This document shows positions 39,525 to 48,641 of a stretch of 64,000 nt of DNA, in pieces. Position numbers and translations under genes: made by a program. Origin of the DNA: a virus; the IMG/VR virus record IMGVR_UViG_3300042507_004023; one strand, written 5' to 3'. The first letter of the stretch is position 1. Every line of letters starts with the position of its first letter. The notes beneath the pieces are model-generated. The model worked only from the letters and a program-made list of their open reading frames with translations. It had not been told where the DNA came from and did no database searches.

Positions 39525-39986
39525 ATGCTTAGAAGTTCAGTTAAAATTCTTCGCTTCAAGATCGGTGACACGATAATCTGTGGGCTAACTCATAATTCAG
39601 ATACCAACGAGTATCTTATTGAAAAGCCTATGCAAATTTCCATGCTTCCCATTGTAGGCAAAAAAGGTGTTCAATCCATGAGCATCTACATGCAAGAATG
39701 GCTTGAATACGCAAAAGAAACCGTATTCAAAATTCCTGCTGATGTGGTAATGCTGATTGCCACACCTGAAGATGAAATGGCGGAAGAGTATATGGATGCT
39801 TTAGAAAAGAATGAATTACACCGCATTCAAAGAGATTTCGAAAAAATATCGAAAAATTACGGCGAAGAAGACTCGGAAATAGATGACAACCCTTCAAATA
39901 TGGGTTATAATAACGAGCAGTATGATACTGAGTATGAAGAAGAGGACTACGACGAAGACGACTTCGAAGAAGAGAAACCCGACTAA
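39525..39986 (+). CDS. Conserved hypothetical T4-like protein (Sm-like N-terminus, acidic tail)
   Basis: ILRFKIGDTIIC...YLIEKPM...MQEWL; typical occupant of the uvsW-gp55 interval; CTAAATA at 39507. Confidence 0.6.
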   Translation: MLRSSVKILRFKIGDTIICGLTHNSDTNEYLIEKPMQISMLPIVGKKGVQSMSIYMQEWLEYAKETVFKIPADVVMLIATPEDEMAEEYMDALEKNELHRIQRDFEKISKNYGEEDSEIDDNPSNMGYNNEQYDTEYEEEDYDEDDFEEEKPD

Positions 39987-40101
39987 CGGGTATCTGGTCC
40001 TTACCTATAGATTATTTCATTCAAACCGGACACTGATATTTAGTGGGTGTGTTTGAGTGCCCCCGAAAAATTCTAGAAGATTTACACAGAAAGTTTACAC
40101 C

Positions 40102-40683
40102 ATGTCAAAAAACTCTCACTACATTGATAATCAAAAATTCTTGAAAGAAATTCTTCAATACAAAAAGTCGGTTAGACTTGCTGAAAAAGAAGGATCTCCA
40201 AAACCAGGAGTTAGCAACTATATCGGACAATGCTTTATAGACATTGCTGAAAATCTAGCCAAAAAGCCAAACTTTGCAAACTATCATTTCAAGGATGAGA
40301 TGATTAGCGATGCGGTGGAAAACTGCATCATGTATACCAATAATTTTAATCCAAAGAAGTCCAAGAACCCATTCGCGTTTTTCACACAGATAATCTTCTA
40401 TGCTTTTCTTCGTCGCATACAGAAAGAGAAAAAGCAGTTGTATATCAAGATGAAGCAATTCGAAGAGTTCGATCCATCAGGCAAATTTAGGAATTGGCTG
40501 AAGGATAAGTTTGAGCCAGATCAAAACCCATTCTCGGATATTTTAGAAATAACTCCCGAAGACATGCAAGTTTTTGAAACTAAAATGAAGGGTAAAAAGA
40601 AGGTTGTAGTCAAGAAGAAGAAGAAAGTTAAAAAAACTTCTGTGAAAACTACATCATCTCGCCTTGACAATTTTATCAAGTAA
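40102..40683 (+). CDS. gp55: Late-transcription sigma factor gp55
   Basis: HYIDNQKFL, YIGQCFIDIAENLAKKPNFANY, EMISDAVENCIMY..NFNPKKSKNPFAFFTQIIFYAFLRRIQKEKKQ. Confidence 0.96.
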   Translation: MSKNSHYIDNQKFLKEILQYKKSVRLAEKEGSPKPGVSNYIGQCFIDIAENLAKKPNFANYHFKDEMISDAVENCIMYTNNFNPKKSKNPFAFFTQIIFYAFLRRIQKEKKQLYIKMKQFEEFDPSGKFRNWLKDKFEPDQNPFSDILEITPEDMQVFETKMKGKKKVVVKKKKKVKKTSVKTTSSRLDNFIK

Positions 40684-40691
40684 GGTATACT
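40664..40691 (+). promoter_or_regulatory. Sigma70-like promoter TTGACA-N16-TATACT, 7 nt before the gp47 ATG
   Basis: Near-consensus hexamers. Confidence 0.8.
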
Positions 40692-40698
40692 TGAGCGT

Positions 40699-41751
40699 AT
40701 GAAGATTGCTGTGCTGTGTGATACCCATTTTGGGGCGCGAAACGATTCTCCAATCTTTCTGCACTACTTCTTTCGTTTTTTGGATGAGGTTTTCTTTCCT
40801 CATCTAGAACGAGAAGGTATTACAGAGGTGCTGCATCTTGGCGACCTGATGGATAGGCGTAAGTTTGTCAACTTTGCCACGCTTCACGAAACACGAGAGC
40901 GTTTTATTCAACGCTTGATTCAAAAGGGTATTCGTGCAAACATTCTTTTGGGTAATCACGACACTTACTTTCGCAACACTAGCAGCATCAATTCTATTGA
41001 AGAATTGTTTGGTGGTATGGAAAAGCAAGGTATCACAGTTCACAAAGATCCAACTGAACTGACACTTGGTGGAACCAAGTTTTTGTTGCTACCGTGGATT
41101 AATCGCAGCAACGAAGAAGTAAGCCGAGATTTAATTGCCAAAACAAATGCACCAATTGTTGTGGGACATCTTGAACTAACAGGTTTTGAGGTTCTTCGTG
41201 GAACCAAGTTTGAAAACGGCATGGATCCTGCTCCTCTGAAGAGATTTCAAGCAGTGTATAGTGGTCACTTTCACTGCAAACACTCCAAGGATAATGTTCA
41301 CTACTTGGGAACTCCGTATCAGATTACCTTTGGCGATCTGAATGAACCAAAAGGATTTCATGTGTTTGATACGGATGATCGTTCCATGCAATATGTGGAA
41401 AATCCACTTCGTATTTTTGGTGAAATTGGTTACGATGATGCTACAATTGACTACACCAAGAATATGCCGGACATGACTAGGTTCAAAGAAACTTTTGTTC
41501 GTGTCCGAGTTCAGCGTAAGCGTAGTCCGGCTATGTTTGACTTGTTCATGGACGCAATAAACATGGCAGGAGCACACGGTGTTACCGTATTGGAAGATAA
41601 GTGCAGTGAAACTGAACTATCAGATACCGTGGATGTCAGCAAAGATACTTTGTCACTGATTAATCAAGAAATAGACAATTTGGAAGTCACGAATCCAGTA
41701 AAACTAAAGAGTATTGTTCGTGACTTGTATATGGAATCACTTTTCATCTAA
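40699..41751 (+). CDS. gp47: Recombination endonuclease subunit gp47 (Mre11/SbcD-like)
   Basis: DTHFGAR, HLGDLMDRRK, GNHD, GHLELTGF, SGHFH, YLGTPYQITFGD. Confidence 0.96.
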   Translation: MKIAVLCDTHFGARNDSPIFLHYFFRFLDEVFFPHLEREGITEVLHLGDLMDRRKFVNFATLHETRERFIQRLIQKGIRANILLGNHDTYFRNTSSINSIEELFGGMEKQGITVHKDPTELTLGGTKFLLLPWINRSNEEVSRDLIAKTNAPIVVGHLELTGFEVLRGTKFENGMDPAPLKRFQAVYSGHFHCKHSKDNVHYLGTPYQITFGDLNEPKGFHVFDTDDRSMQYVENPLRIFGEIGYDDATIDYTKNMPDMTRFKETFVRVRVQRKRSPAMFDLFMDAINMAGAHGVTVLEDKCSETELSDTVDVSKDTLSLINQEIDNLEVTNPVKLKSIVRDLYMESLFI

Positions 41752-41763
41752 TAGGAGAACACA

Positions 41764-42078
41764 ATGGAACCCGAGATTTTGATTGTTAGAATGCGTAGCG
41801 GCGAGGATGTTATCTCACAGGTCGTAGATAATGGAGACTCTTACACACTCACCAAGCCTGCTATGCTTGTGCCTGCTGGTAAGGGCAACCTTGGCATGCT
41901 GCCGTGGTTGATGTATGGCGACATTGAGGGTGGTATTATCGTCCCAAAGGATGCCACTTTCTTTACTTTCAAGCCACTCAAGGATTTGGGCGAAGAGTAT
42001 CGTTCAGGTTTTGTCAGCAATCTTGTTACCCCAAGCAAGAAGATTGCTACGCCAGGACTAAAGTTGGTGACGGATTAA
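41764..42078 (+). CDS. Conserved hypothetical T4-like protein
   Basis: ILIVRMRSGEDVISQV...LTKPAMLVP...LPW; AGGAG SD. Confidence 0.65.
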   Translation: MEPEILIVRMRSGEDVISQVVDNGDSYTLTKPAMLVPAGKGNLGMLPWLMYGDIEGGIIVPKDATFFTFKPLKDLGEEYRSGFVSNLVTPSKKIATPGLKLVTD

Positions 42079-42530
42079 ACTTGTCGCCACTTCTTCCGTA
42101 AGACTTCAATAAAGTCCATTACGGTTTGTTTGGGCTTGTCTACACACACTTCATTGTAGACATCTTCCGCAAGATCTCTTTCTCGACGCAATTCAACTTC
42201 GAGATTTTTCAAGTCATTCTTGTCGGGAGCAAACTCAAGCAGGTTTTTTAAAGAAAGGTTTTCGGGGCGGAGGTATTCTTGTATCTCCGCCTCGTATCCC
42301 TTTTTGTCTATCAGTTCAAAATCTAGGATAGGCTTGGTGAACGCATCCAAGAACATGCTCATCTCAATCATTAGTTCTGAGATGTTCTCGCCGTATGGGG
42401 CTACTGCATCTTCGGTTATAGAAGCCACTTTACCATGCTCGTTATAATAAACCTCATGGATTTCGTAAAAAACGAATGTTTTGCCACCCGCTCGTTCGTA
42501 TTTCCGCAATACTCGGTAATCCCACGACAT
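42075..42530 (-). CDS. Conserved phage hypothetical protein on the opposite strand
   Basis: WDYRV...YEIHEVYY...PYGENISEL pattern; own late promoter ATAAATA (42553-42547) and AGGAG SD. Confidence 0.65.
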   Translation of the reverse strand: MSWDYRVLRKYERAGGKTFVFYEIHEVYYNEHGKVASITEDAVAPYGENISELMIEMSMFLDAFTKPILDFELIDKKGYEAEIQEYLRPENLSLKNLLEFAPDKNDLKNLEVELRRERDLAEDVYNEVCVDKPKQTVMDFIEVLRKKWRQV

Positions 42531-42571
42531 AGGCGTTCCTCCTGTTTATTTATGAAAACCTAAATACCAAG

Positions 42572-43453
42572 GTGAAAACATTTAAACACTATCTTGAAGA
42601 AAAACTCGTTATACCAGGTCAAGGAAAGCGATACGGTCAAGTTGTCTTTTTGGCTGGCGGTGCAGGTTCGGGTAAGGATTTTGCTGTAGCCAATTTTATA
42701 GACTCCACAGACTATAAAATCCTTGATCCAGACGCGGTAAAAGGACCGTATTTAAAGTGGAACGAACTACAAAAAAAATATCCTGAACTTAGAGGCAGAG
42801 ATCAAAGAAATCCTGAGGATGCCGACTTTGTTCATAGGTTTTTGGGAAATCAAGTTAAACTAGACGATAAAATATTGAGTAGTTTCTTTTTTGGTTTGAT
42901 GCATAAAACAGATAAAACCACGCTTCCCAACATTTTGTTTAACAGAACTTTCAAAACAAAAGCAGACTTTGAGCGATTGTTGCCAAGTCTAATTTCGGTG
43001 GGTTACAAAAAAGAAGACATGCACTTAATTTGGGTGCTAACAAACTACAGAGTTGCAATTCAAGCAAATCTTGAAAGAACTAGAACGGTTCCAACAACCG
43101 TATTAGTTCAAACGCATGGTGGCGCAGCACAAACCATGAAGAGTTTTTTGTTTGATAACTATCCATCTAATCTGATAAATGGAGATGCGTATGTGATTCT
43201 TGGCGGTAAAGAAAATACCATATTTTTCAAACCACCACAAGGCGCATCAACCACAAGACAGGTGGTTGCTGGCGGTGAAATAATTCCAAAACCTAGAGTG
43301 GTTTCAAAATTTCAGTATGTTAAAGTCAAAGACGCAAGCCATCCGTTTAAACCCGCTGTGGCTTTATCGAACACTGTTCTCAGATGGATACTTCAAAATT
43401 CTCCCGATCAAGAAGCGATAGAAAAATATCTGAGTCAACAAAACTCCAACTAA
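42572..43453 (+). CDS. P-loop kinase (zeta-toxin/AAA_33-like) with capsid-targeting-like leader
   Basis: VFLAGGAGSGKDF Walker A, ILDPDAVK; N-terminus MKTFKHYLEE; CTAAATA 5 nt upstream. Confidence 0.7.
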   Translation: MKTFKHYLEEKLVIPGQGKRYGQVVFLAGGAGSGKDFAVANFIDSTDYKILDPDAVKGPYLKWNELQKKYPELRGRDQRNPEDADFVHRFLGNQVKLDDKILSSFFFGLMHKTDKTTLPNILFNRTFKTKADFERLLPSLISVGYKKEDMHLIWVLTNYRVAIQANLERTRTVPTTVLVQTHGGAAQTMKSFLFDNYPSNLINGDAYVILGGKENTIFFKPPQGASTTRQVVAGGEIIPKPRVVSKFQYVKVKDASHPFKPAVALSNTVLRWILQNSPDQEAIEKYLSQQNSN

Positions 43454-43474
43454 ATAGAAATGGAGATCTATACA

Positions 43475-43846
43475 ATGAACACACTTGCCGCCATTTCTTG
43501 GGTAGCCGGATCGCTGTTTGTTCTTTTTAAAACAACAGCGGTTTACGAATATTTTAAAGTATTGCCTCTACCCGAGCGAATAACAAAATTTAAAGAATAT
43601 GAAGCAGAAAGAGCCCGAGACTTCACTCTTTCTTATAAAATGTTTTGGATGACCACCCATGACTCCTTTTTTACAAGATTAGTTACCTGCCCGTATTGTT
43701 TGGCTGCATGGCTTTCTTTGGGATTTTCTGCTATTTTTTCTTGCATAGAGTGGGTTCCGGCGGTATATTTGGGTAGTCTATCTACATACTTTGGAGTGTC
43801 CGCAATGATTAACTGGCTAGAAAAACTGGAGGACGACAATGGGTGA
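43475..43846 (+). CDS. Membrane protein, DUF1360-like
   Basis: LVTCPYCLAAWLS motif and hydrophobic helices. Confidence 0.55.
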   Translation: MNTLAAISWVAGSLFVLFKTTAVYEYFKVLPLPERITKFKEYEAERARDFTLSYKMFWMTTHDSFFTRLVTCPYCLAAWLSLGFSAIFSCIEWVPAVYLGSLSTYFGVSAMINWLEKLEDDNG

Positions 43847-44150
43847 GGCAAATTTGGTTGTTAACTCTCCGCAAGAATTGGTTCAGTATCTCATCAATCG
43901 CCACGGAAACGGAACTGATGAGTTAAAGAATAATCAGGGAGCATTCACACAATGGTATATCAGAACGCGAATTTGGTATGATCCAAATGTGTGCAAGTGC
44001 AAGAAGAAGAATATGTCTGACGAGACAGTTTTGGCAGAATACAGAGCATTACCACAAATGAGTGTAGAGGACAAGGAAAAGGCGTATCGCATCATTGGTT
44101 CCTCTGTTACATTAAATTATAATGGAGAACTACTAGGCAACTTACCATAA
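43839..44150 (+). CDS. Hypothetical protein
   Basis: Coupled ORF with CKC motif. Confidence 0.6.
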   Translation: MGEANLVVNSPQELVQYLINRHGNGTDELKNNQGAFTQWYIRTRIWYDPNVCKCKKKNMSDETVLAEYRALPQMSVEDKEKAYRIIGSSVTLNYNGELLGNLP

Positions 44151-44164
44151 ACAAAGGAGCAAAC

Positions 44165-44776
44165 ATGGACAAAAACGCAAAGTTGTTTTTAAAGCATGTC
44201 CGTGAGCATTTAAAAGAATATGGTGGCAAATTAGTTTTCGGCAGGGGGAATAGAGTTAATTGTGGAGATGGGTGTCGTTCTATTGGTTATTTTTCAGATA
44301 GACCATTAGAGATTCGTGTTGCTGTAAACTCAAGAGATCCTATATCAACCGTAGCACACGAATACGCACACTTTCTACAATGGATTGACACACCACAAAA
44401 CATAATGCAGGCAGACGACCGAGCCAGTCTTTTGGTGTTTGATTGGTTGGGGGGAAAAGAGTTTGAAAATCGTGATGTAGAAAAGGCGTTCTGTCGAGTT
44501 ATGGTTATGGAGAGAGATGCAGAACGCCGTGCTGTCGAAATAATGAAAAAGTTTGGTTTAGATATCAATTACGATAAGTATATCCGCCAAGCAAATTGTT
44601 ATATTTACATGCATTGGATTATGAAAGAACGACGATCATGGAGATACAAGCCTGGTTCAAGGGATCCTATGGGATGTCGTAGCCTAATTTCACAAATGCC
44701 AAACACTTTTAAAGCACAGCCTGATAAAAAAATTCCTCAACATATTCGAAAGAAATTGCTTGCGTTTTTTCCTTGA
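44165..44776 (+). CDS. Putative zincin-like metallopeptidase
   Basis: VAHEYAHFLQW (HExxH) with downstream MERDAE; AAGGAG SD. Confidence 0.65.
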   Translation: MDKNAKLFLKHVREHLKEYGGKLVFGRGNRVNCGDGCRSIGYFSDRPLEIRVAVNSRDPISTVAHEYAHFLQWIDTPQNIMQADDRASLLVFDWLGGKEFENRDVEKAFCRVMVMERDAERRAVEIMKKFGLDINYDKYIRQANCYIYMHWIMKERRSWRYKPGSRDPMGCRSLISQMPNTFKAQPDKKIPQHIRKKLLAFFP

Positions 44777-44806
44777 CCTAAATAGAATAGGAAAGGAGAA
44801 ACACAC

Positions 44807-44920
44807 ATGAGCGAATTTCTAGGAACAGCATGGTGGTCGGTATTGATGTTTGTTGCTGGTGCTCTTATCGGTGCTCCACTTTGGAAGTGGGTTGCCGCAA
44901 AGATGCCTTGGAACAAGTGA
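44807..44920 (+). CDS. 37-aa single-pass membrane peptide (not in ORF track)
   Basis: MSEFLGTAWWSVLMFVAGALIGAPLWKWVAAKMPWNK; CTAAATA at 44778 and AAGGAG SD. Confidence 0.7.
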   Translation: MSEFLGTAWWSVLMFVAGALIGAPLWKWVAAKMPWNK

Positions 44921-44949
44921 TACCGCTACTCTAAATTGAAGTTTATAAG

Positions 44950-46668
44950 ATGATTAAATTCAAGCAGATACGCTGGTCTAATTTTTTGTCCACAGGACAA
45001 TATGCTACAACAGTAGACTTGTGTGCTGCAACAACAACACTAATATCAGGTGAAAACGGGGCAGGTAAGAGCACTCTTTTGGATGCTCTTACTTTTGCCC
45101 TGTTTGGTAAACCGTATCGTAATATTAACAAGCCTCAACTTGTAAATTCCGTAAACGAGAAAGCATGTCTTGTTGAACTCGATTTGGAAATTGGGCCAGA
45201 CAAATATAACATTCGTCGTGGACTTGAGCCTGCATTATTTGAAATCTATAAGAACAGCAAACTTGTAGATCAAGACGCAAAGAGTAAAGACTATCAGAAA
45301 ATGTTTGAAGAACAGGTCTTGAAGATGTCTTACAAGGCGTTCTGTCAAGTTGTGATTTTAGGCTCCGCCAATTATGTTCCGTTCATGCGGTTAACCGCAG
45401 CCGAGCGTCGAGCAGTTGTGGAAGCCATTCTTGATATTAATATCTTCTCTACCATGAATACTCTGCTCAAAGGCAAACTATCCAAACTGAAAGAAGAGTT
45501 GGCTATCACTGAAGCAGACACAAATGTGGAGCGTGAGAAGGTTCGGTTGAATCTAAAGTATCTTGAAAACAAGGACAAGGATTCAACCGTAGCGGCTGAC
45601 CAGTGTCGTGCTGATATCGGTAAATGCACGGAAGATGAAGAAGTTCTTATCGCTGCGATTGCCAGACTCGACAAGCAGATTTCTGAGCGACACGAACAGA
45701 TTACGGATTCGGATACGGTAAGCAAAAGTATTAATGATCTTGGTGCAATTCACAGGCAACTAAAGGGTAAGATTAAAACCATAACGAACGAAATCGAGTT
45801 CTATCAAAAGAACGATTCGTGTCCAACTTGCTCGCAGCACATCGACCCAATATTCAAGTCTAATGTGGTAGATACGAAAACCAAGAAGAGCAAAGAAATT
45901 GGTGAAGCCGTGGAAGATATCCAAGATTCCATGTCCAAAGCAAACGAACGCCTTACGGAAATCAACACCGTATTGAGTGATATTCGGTCATTAGAAACCA
46001 AGCGGTCACAGGCTTCTGCTTCACTACAGGCTACCGTTTCTAATCGTAAGAAACTTGAGGCTCGTCTAACTGAACTTGAAACAACCAAGCGAGCGCAAGG
46101 AGATGCCGACGAGAAAGAGTTGGCTAAACTGCAAGAAGGCTTGCGTGAACTTGAAGACACCCGTAAAGAGATGGTGGACGATCAATACTATTACGGTATT
46201 GCTTCAGCACTCCTGAAAGATAGCGGTATTAAGAGTAGAATTATCAAGCACTACATCCCTGTCATCAATCAAATCATCAACCGATACTTGAATCAAATGG
46301 GGCTGTTTGTTTCTTTCAACTTGGATGAAGAGTTTAATGAAACAATCAAGAGCAGGCATCGTGACATTTTTACCTACTCTTCGTTCAGCGAAGGAGAGAA
46401 GCGTAAGATTGATCTAGCCCTGCTGTTTGCATGGCGAACTATTGCTAGCCTGAAAAACAGTCTAGACACCAACCTCTTGATTATGGATGAAGTATTGGAC
46501 GGCAGTTTGGATGATGCTTCCGTGGAATCGTTCCTTGAAATCCTGCGTGGTATTGGTGGCGGAACGAATGCGTTTGTGATTTCTCACAAGCCCAAGGAAC
46601 TGCTAGAAAGCAAGTTTACTAGCCATATTACCTTCATCAAGAAGAACAACTTCAGTCAGATTGCTTGA
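44950..46668 (+). CDS. gp46: Recombination exonuclease ATPase subunit gp46 (Rad50/SbcC-like)
   Basis: WSNFLSTG, GENGAGKSTLLDAL, CPTC zinc hook, FSEGEKRKIDLALLF, MDEVLDGSLD, ISHK. Confidence 0.97.
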   Translation: MIKFKQIRWSNFLSTGQYATTVDLCAATTTLISGENGAGKSTLLDALTFALFGKPYRNINKPQLVNSVNEKACLVELDLEIGPDKYNIRRGLEPALFEIYKNSKLVDQDAKSKDYQKMFEEQVLKMSYKAFCQVVILGSANYVPFMRLTAAERRAVVEAILDINIFSTMNTLLKGKLSKLKEELAITEADTNVEREKVRLNLKYLENKDKDSTVAADQCRADIGKCTEDEEVLIAAIARLDKQISERHEQITDSDTVSKSINDLGAIHRQLKGKIKTITNEIEFYQKNDSCPTCSQHIDPIFKSNVVDTKTKKSKEIGEAVEDIQDSMSKANERLTEINTVLSDIRSLETKRSQASASLQATVSNRKKLEARLTELETTKRAQGDADEKELAKLQEGLRELEDTRKEMVDDQYYYGIASALLKDSGIKSRIIKHYIPVINQIINRYLNQMGLFVSFNLDEEFNETIKSRHRDIFTYSSFSEGEKRKIDLALLFAWRTIASLKNSLDTNLLIMDEVLDGSLDDASVESFLEILRGIGGGTNAFVISHKPKELLESKFTSHITFIKKNNFSQIA

Positions 46669-46792
46669 CTTCGAGTTTGCTCTTCAAGAAGTTTTCAATT
46701 TCCCGAATACGCATCAGGCTAGCCGCTATGTTAGCCCTGTAGTTGGCTAATTCTTGAAGCAAGGCTTGGAGTTCTTGTTCTGATATACTCAT
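46652..46792 (-). CDS. Small coiled-coil protein (46 aa, not in ORF track)
   Basis: MSISEQELQALLQELANYRANIAASLMRIREIENFLKSKLEVKQSD; TAAATA 5 nt upstream on the minus strand. Confidence 0.45.
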   Translation of the reverse strand: MSISEQELQALLQELANYRANIAASLMRIREIENFLKSKLEVKQSD

Positions 46793-46832
46793 AAATCTAT
46801 TTAACATAAATAAAAGAGTATAGGGGAAAAAT

Positions 46833-47339
46833 ATGAATCAACTTTTTAAATTTACAAACCTAGCCTCTGCCAAATTCGTGGTGGAACGCCTTCTCAGCAT
46901 GGGCATTAAAGCCGAGGGTTTGCCCTCTGGCTACATTCGTGTCTTTGACTTGACCGAAGGGGCTAAAAAGGTGATAAAAGACAGTTTAGGCACTCATGTT
47001 GCCGCTACTGGTGTGGAAGATTTAAGTCTAGCAAAGCATGCTGGCACAGGACAAGGCAAAAAGAAACTTGCTCCCAAAGTTGAAAAACCAAAGTCTCCTC
47101 CAACCGCCAACAGTAAAACTTTACCCAAGACGGGCAAAACTGTTAAAGCACAAACCGGCAAAGATGTGGAAGAAGCCACAGCACCCACAAAATCTAATGA
47201 GCCTAAGGTTTCTCCTGAATCTCAAAAGATGTCTAATTTGCAAAAGATGGCTTACGAGACTTTAAAGAAACTAGTGGAAAAGAATCCAAAAGGGTTTCCT
47301 CGTCTTGCCAAAATGATGGGGATTAAAGTTAAGGCTTAA
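46833..47339 (+). CDS. Basic Lys/Pro-rich late protein
   Basis: CATAAATA at 46805, GGGG SD; low-complexity K/P/T/A middle. Confidence 0.6.
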   Translation: MNQLFKFTNLASAKFVVERLLSMGIKAEGLPSGYIRVFDLTEGAKKVIKDSLGTHVAATGVEDLSLAKHAGTGQGKKKLAPKVEKPKSPPTANSKTLPKTGKTVKAQTGKDVEEATAPTKSNEPKVSPESQKMSNLQKMAYETLKKLVEKNPKGFPRLAKMMGIKVKA

Positions 47340-48018
47340 GAAGTTTGATTACTTCGCTAGCCGTATCCACAAGGCAATCTGTTCGTTTAGATATGGTGTA
47401 AGAACCATCTGCCGGTGTTTCTAACTGTATGGCAGTTTTTACGCCATGTGAAACTAGATGTTCAGCAAACATTCCGTTTGGAGCGGTATGTTTTGCTCCC
47501 TCTGTGAGCGGAAAGTGTTGTTTCAGTTTGATTTCAATACGCTCTTCTAATTCTAGAGATGCTTTCCAACCGTAAAAATAGCAGATAAATCTTTTCGGAT
47601 CTTCTTGTAGAGAAATGTATCCTTCTCGACTAAGATTAATCAAAGTTTCAAGATTATCATTTAACACAATTCCCTCAGGGGTTTGTGTGTTGGGCCAACC
47701 ACGATCAACATTTTTGCCGTAATCGTTTCTATGCTGTCGAGATTTAAAACATGCAGGAGAAGCATAAGGTAAAAATGATACTTGACTGAAAGTTTTGCAC
47801 AGCACTTTTGATGCCGCCCATCCAGCAGGCTCATCTCCTTGCCAGCCAGAAGACACCAAAATTCTGTTTGGCGATTTCGATTCAAACAAATAAATTGGAT
47901 TACCGTCCACTACCCCAAGTTCTCTCATTTCGTGAGTCTGTTTGGTTAGATAAGAAAATTCTGAAATTTCTTGCTCGTATTGCCGAGTCTGATCTAAGTG
48001 ATCGCCAAAGGTTTTCAT
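47329..48018 (-). CDS. M14-family (carboxypeptidase/desuccinylase-like) fold protein with His-to-Gln substitutions
   Basis: ILVSSGWQGDEPAG, NVDRGW, ISLQED, IQLETP; N-terminus MKTFGDHLDQ. Confidence 0.6.
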   Translation of the reverse strand: MKTFGDHLDQTRQYEQEISEFSYLTKQTHEMRELGVVDGNPIYLFESKSPNRILVSSGWQGDEPAGWAASKVLCKTFSQVSFLPYASPACFKSRQHRNDYGKNVDRGWPNTQTPEGIVLNDNLETLINLSREGYISLQEDPKRFICYFYGWKASLELEERIEIKLKQHFPLTEGAKHTAPNGMFAEHLVSHGVKTAIQLETPADGSYTISKRTDCLVDTASEVIKLLKP

Positions 48019-48212
48019 TTTTGTTTTCTCGATTGTATTAGTGCTCGGGTTAAAACACTTAGTTCGGATTCGTTAGAGAATGCGGATAGCATGTAATCTT
48101 CAGCGGATTTGTCGCCGCGAAGTATACCGTTAGCCATGCTTGCAAGAATAGCAGAAATTTTTTCTCTGCATTCTTTTGGGGACAGTTTACCCATTCCCTT
48201 CACAGATATCAT
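48015..48212 (-). CDS. Hypothetical protein
   Basis: Coupled ORF in a minus-strand operon. Confidence 0.55.
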   Translation of the reverse strand: MISVKGMGKLSPKECREKISAILASMANGILRGDKSAEDYMLSAFSNESELSVLTRALIQSRKQK

Positions 48213-48392
48213 TTACGGTAAAGCGTCTTTAATGAAAGCAGAAATTTTTGCCCAAACCTTAGCGAGTTTTTGCTTTATGGAATCTACAGGTTCGACCAAA
48301 ACATAATCCATTTCGTATGGAGTGTTTTTGTTAAACTTGATTTTCTTTGCCGCCTTCTTGGAAGACGCTTTCTTTTTACTTTTCTTTGCCAT
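48213..48392 (-). CDS. Small basic protein (MAKKSKKKASSKK)
   Basis: AAGGA SD, packed in operon. Confidence 0.6.
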   Translation of the reverse strand: MAKKSKKKASSKKAAKKIKFNKNTPYEMDYVLVEPVDSIKQKLAKVWAKISAFIKDALP

Positions 48393-48417
48393 GTGAGTAT
48401 TCCTTTCAAACAAGTAG

Positions 48418-48630
48418 TTATGCTTCTTCTCTTGCCCGCTTATACGAGGTCATGCGACGAAGATTCTTCTTTAGCCAATCGTAAAGCCTGCCTGCTTGGT
48501 CATGGTCAAGATACACATAGTTCTGACCCCATAGGCACAGATGGTTGCTGTCTTCATCGTGCTTAATTTCAAATACAGCACCACTCTCTCGGGCTTCGAA
48601 ACGCCCCTTTGATTCTTTAATTCTAGACAT
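48418..48630 (-). CDS. Hypothetical protein
   Basis: AGGAG SD, packed in operon. Confidence 0.6.
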   Translation of the reverse strand: MSRIKESKGRFEARESGAVFEIKHDEDSNHLCLWGQNYVYLDHDQAGRLYDWLKKNLRRMTSYKRAREEA

Positions 48631-48641
48631 ACAGACTCCTT

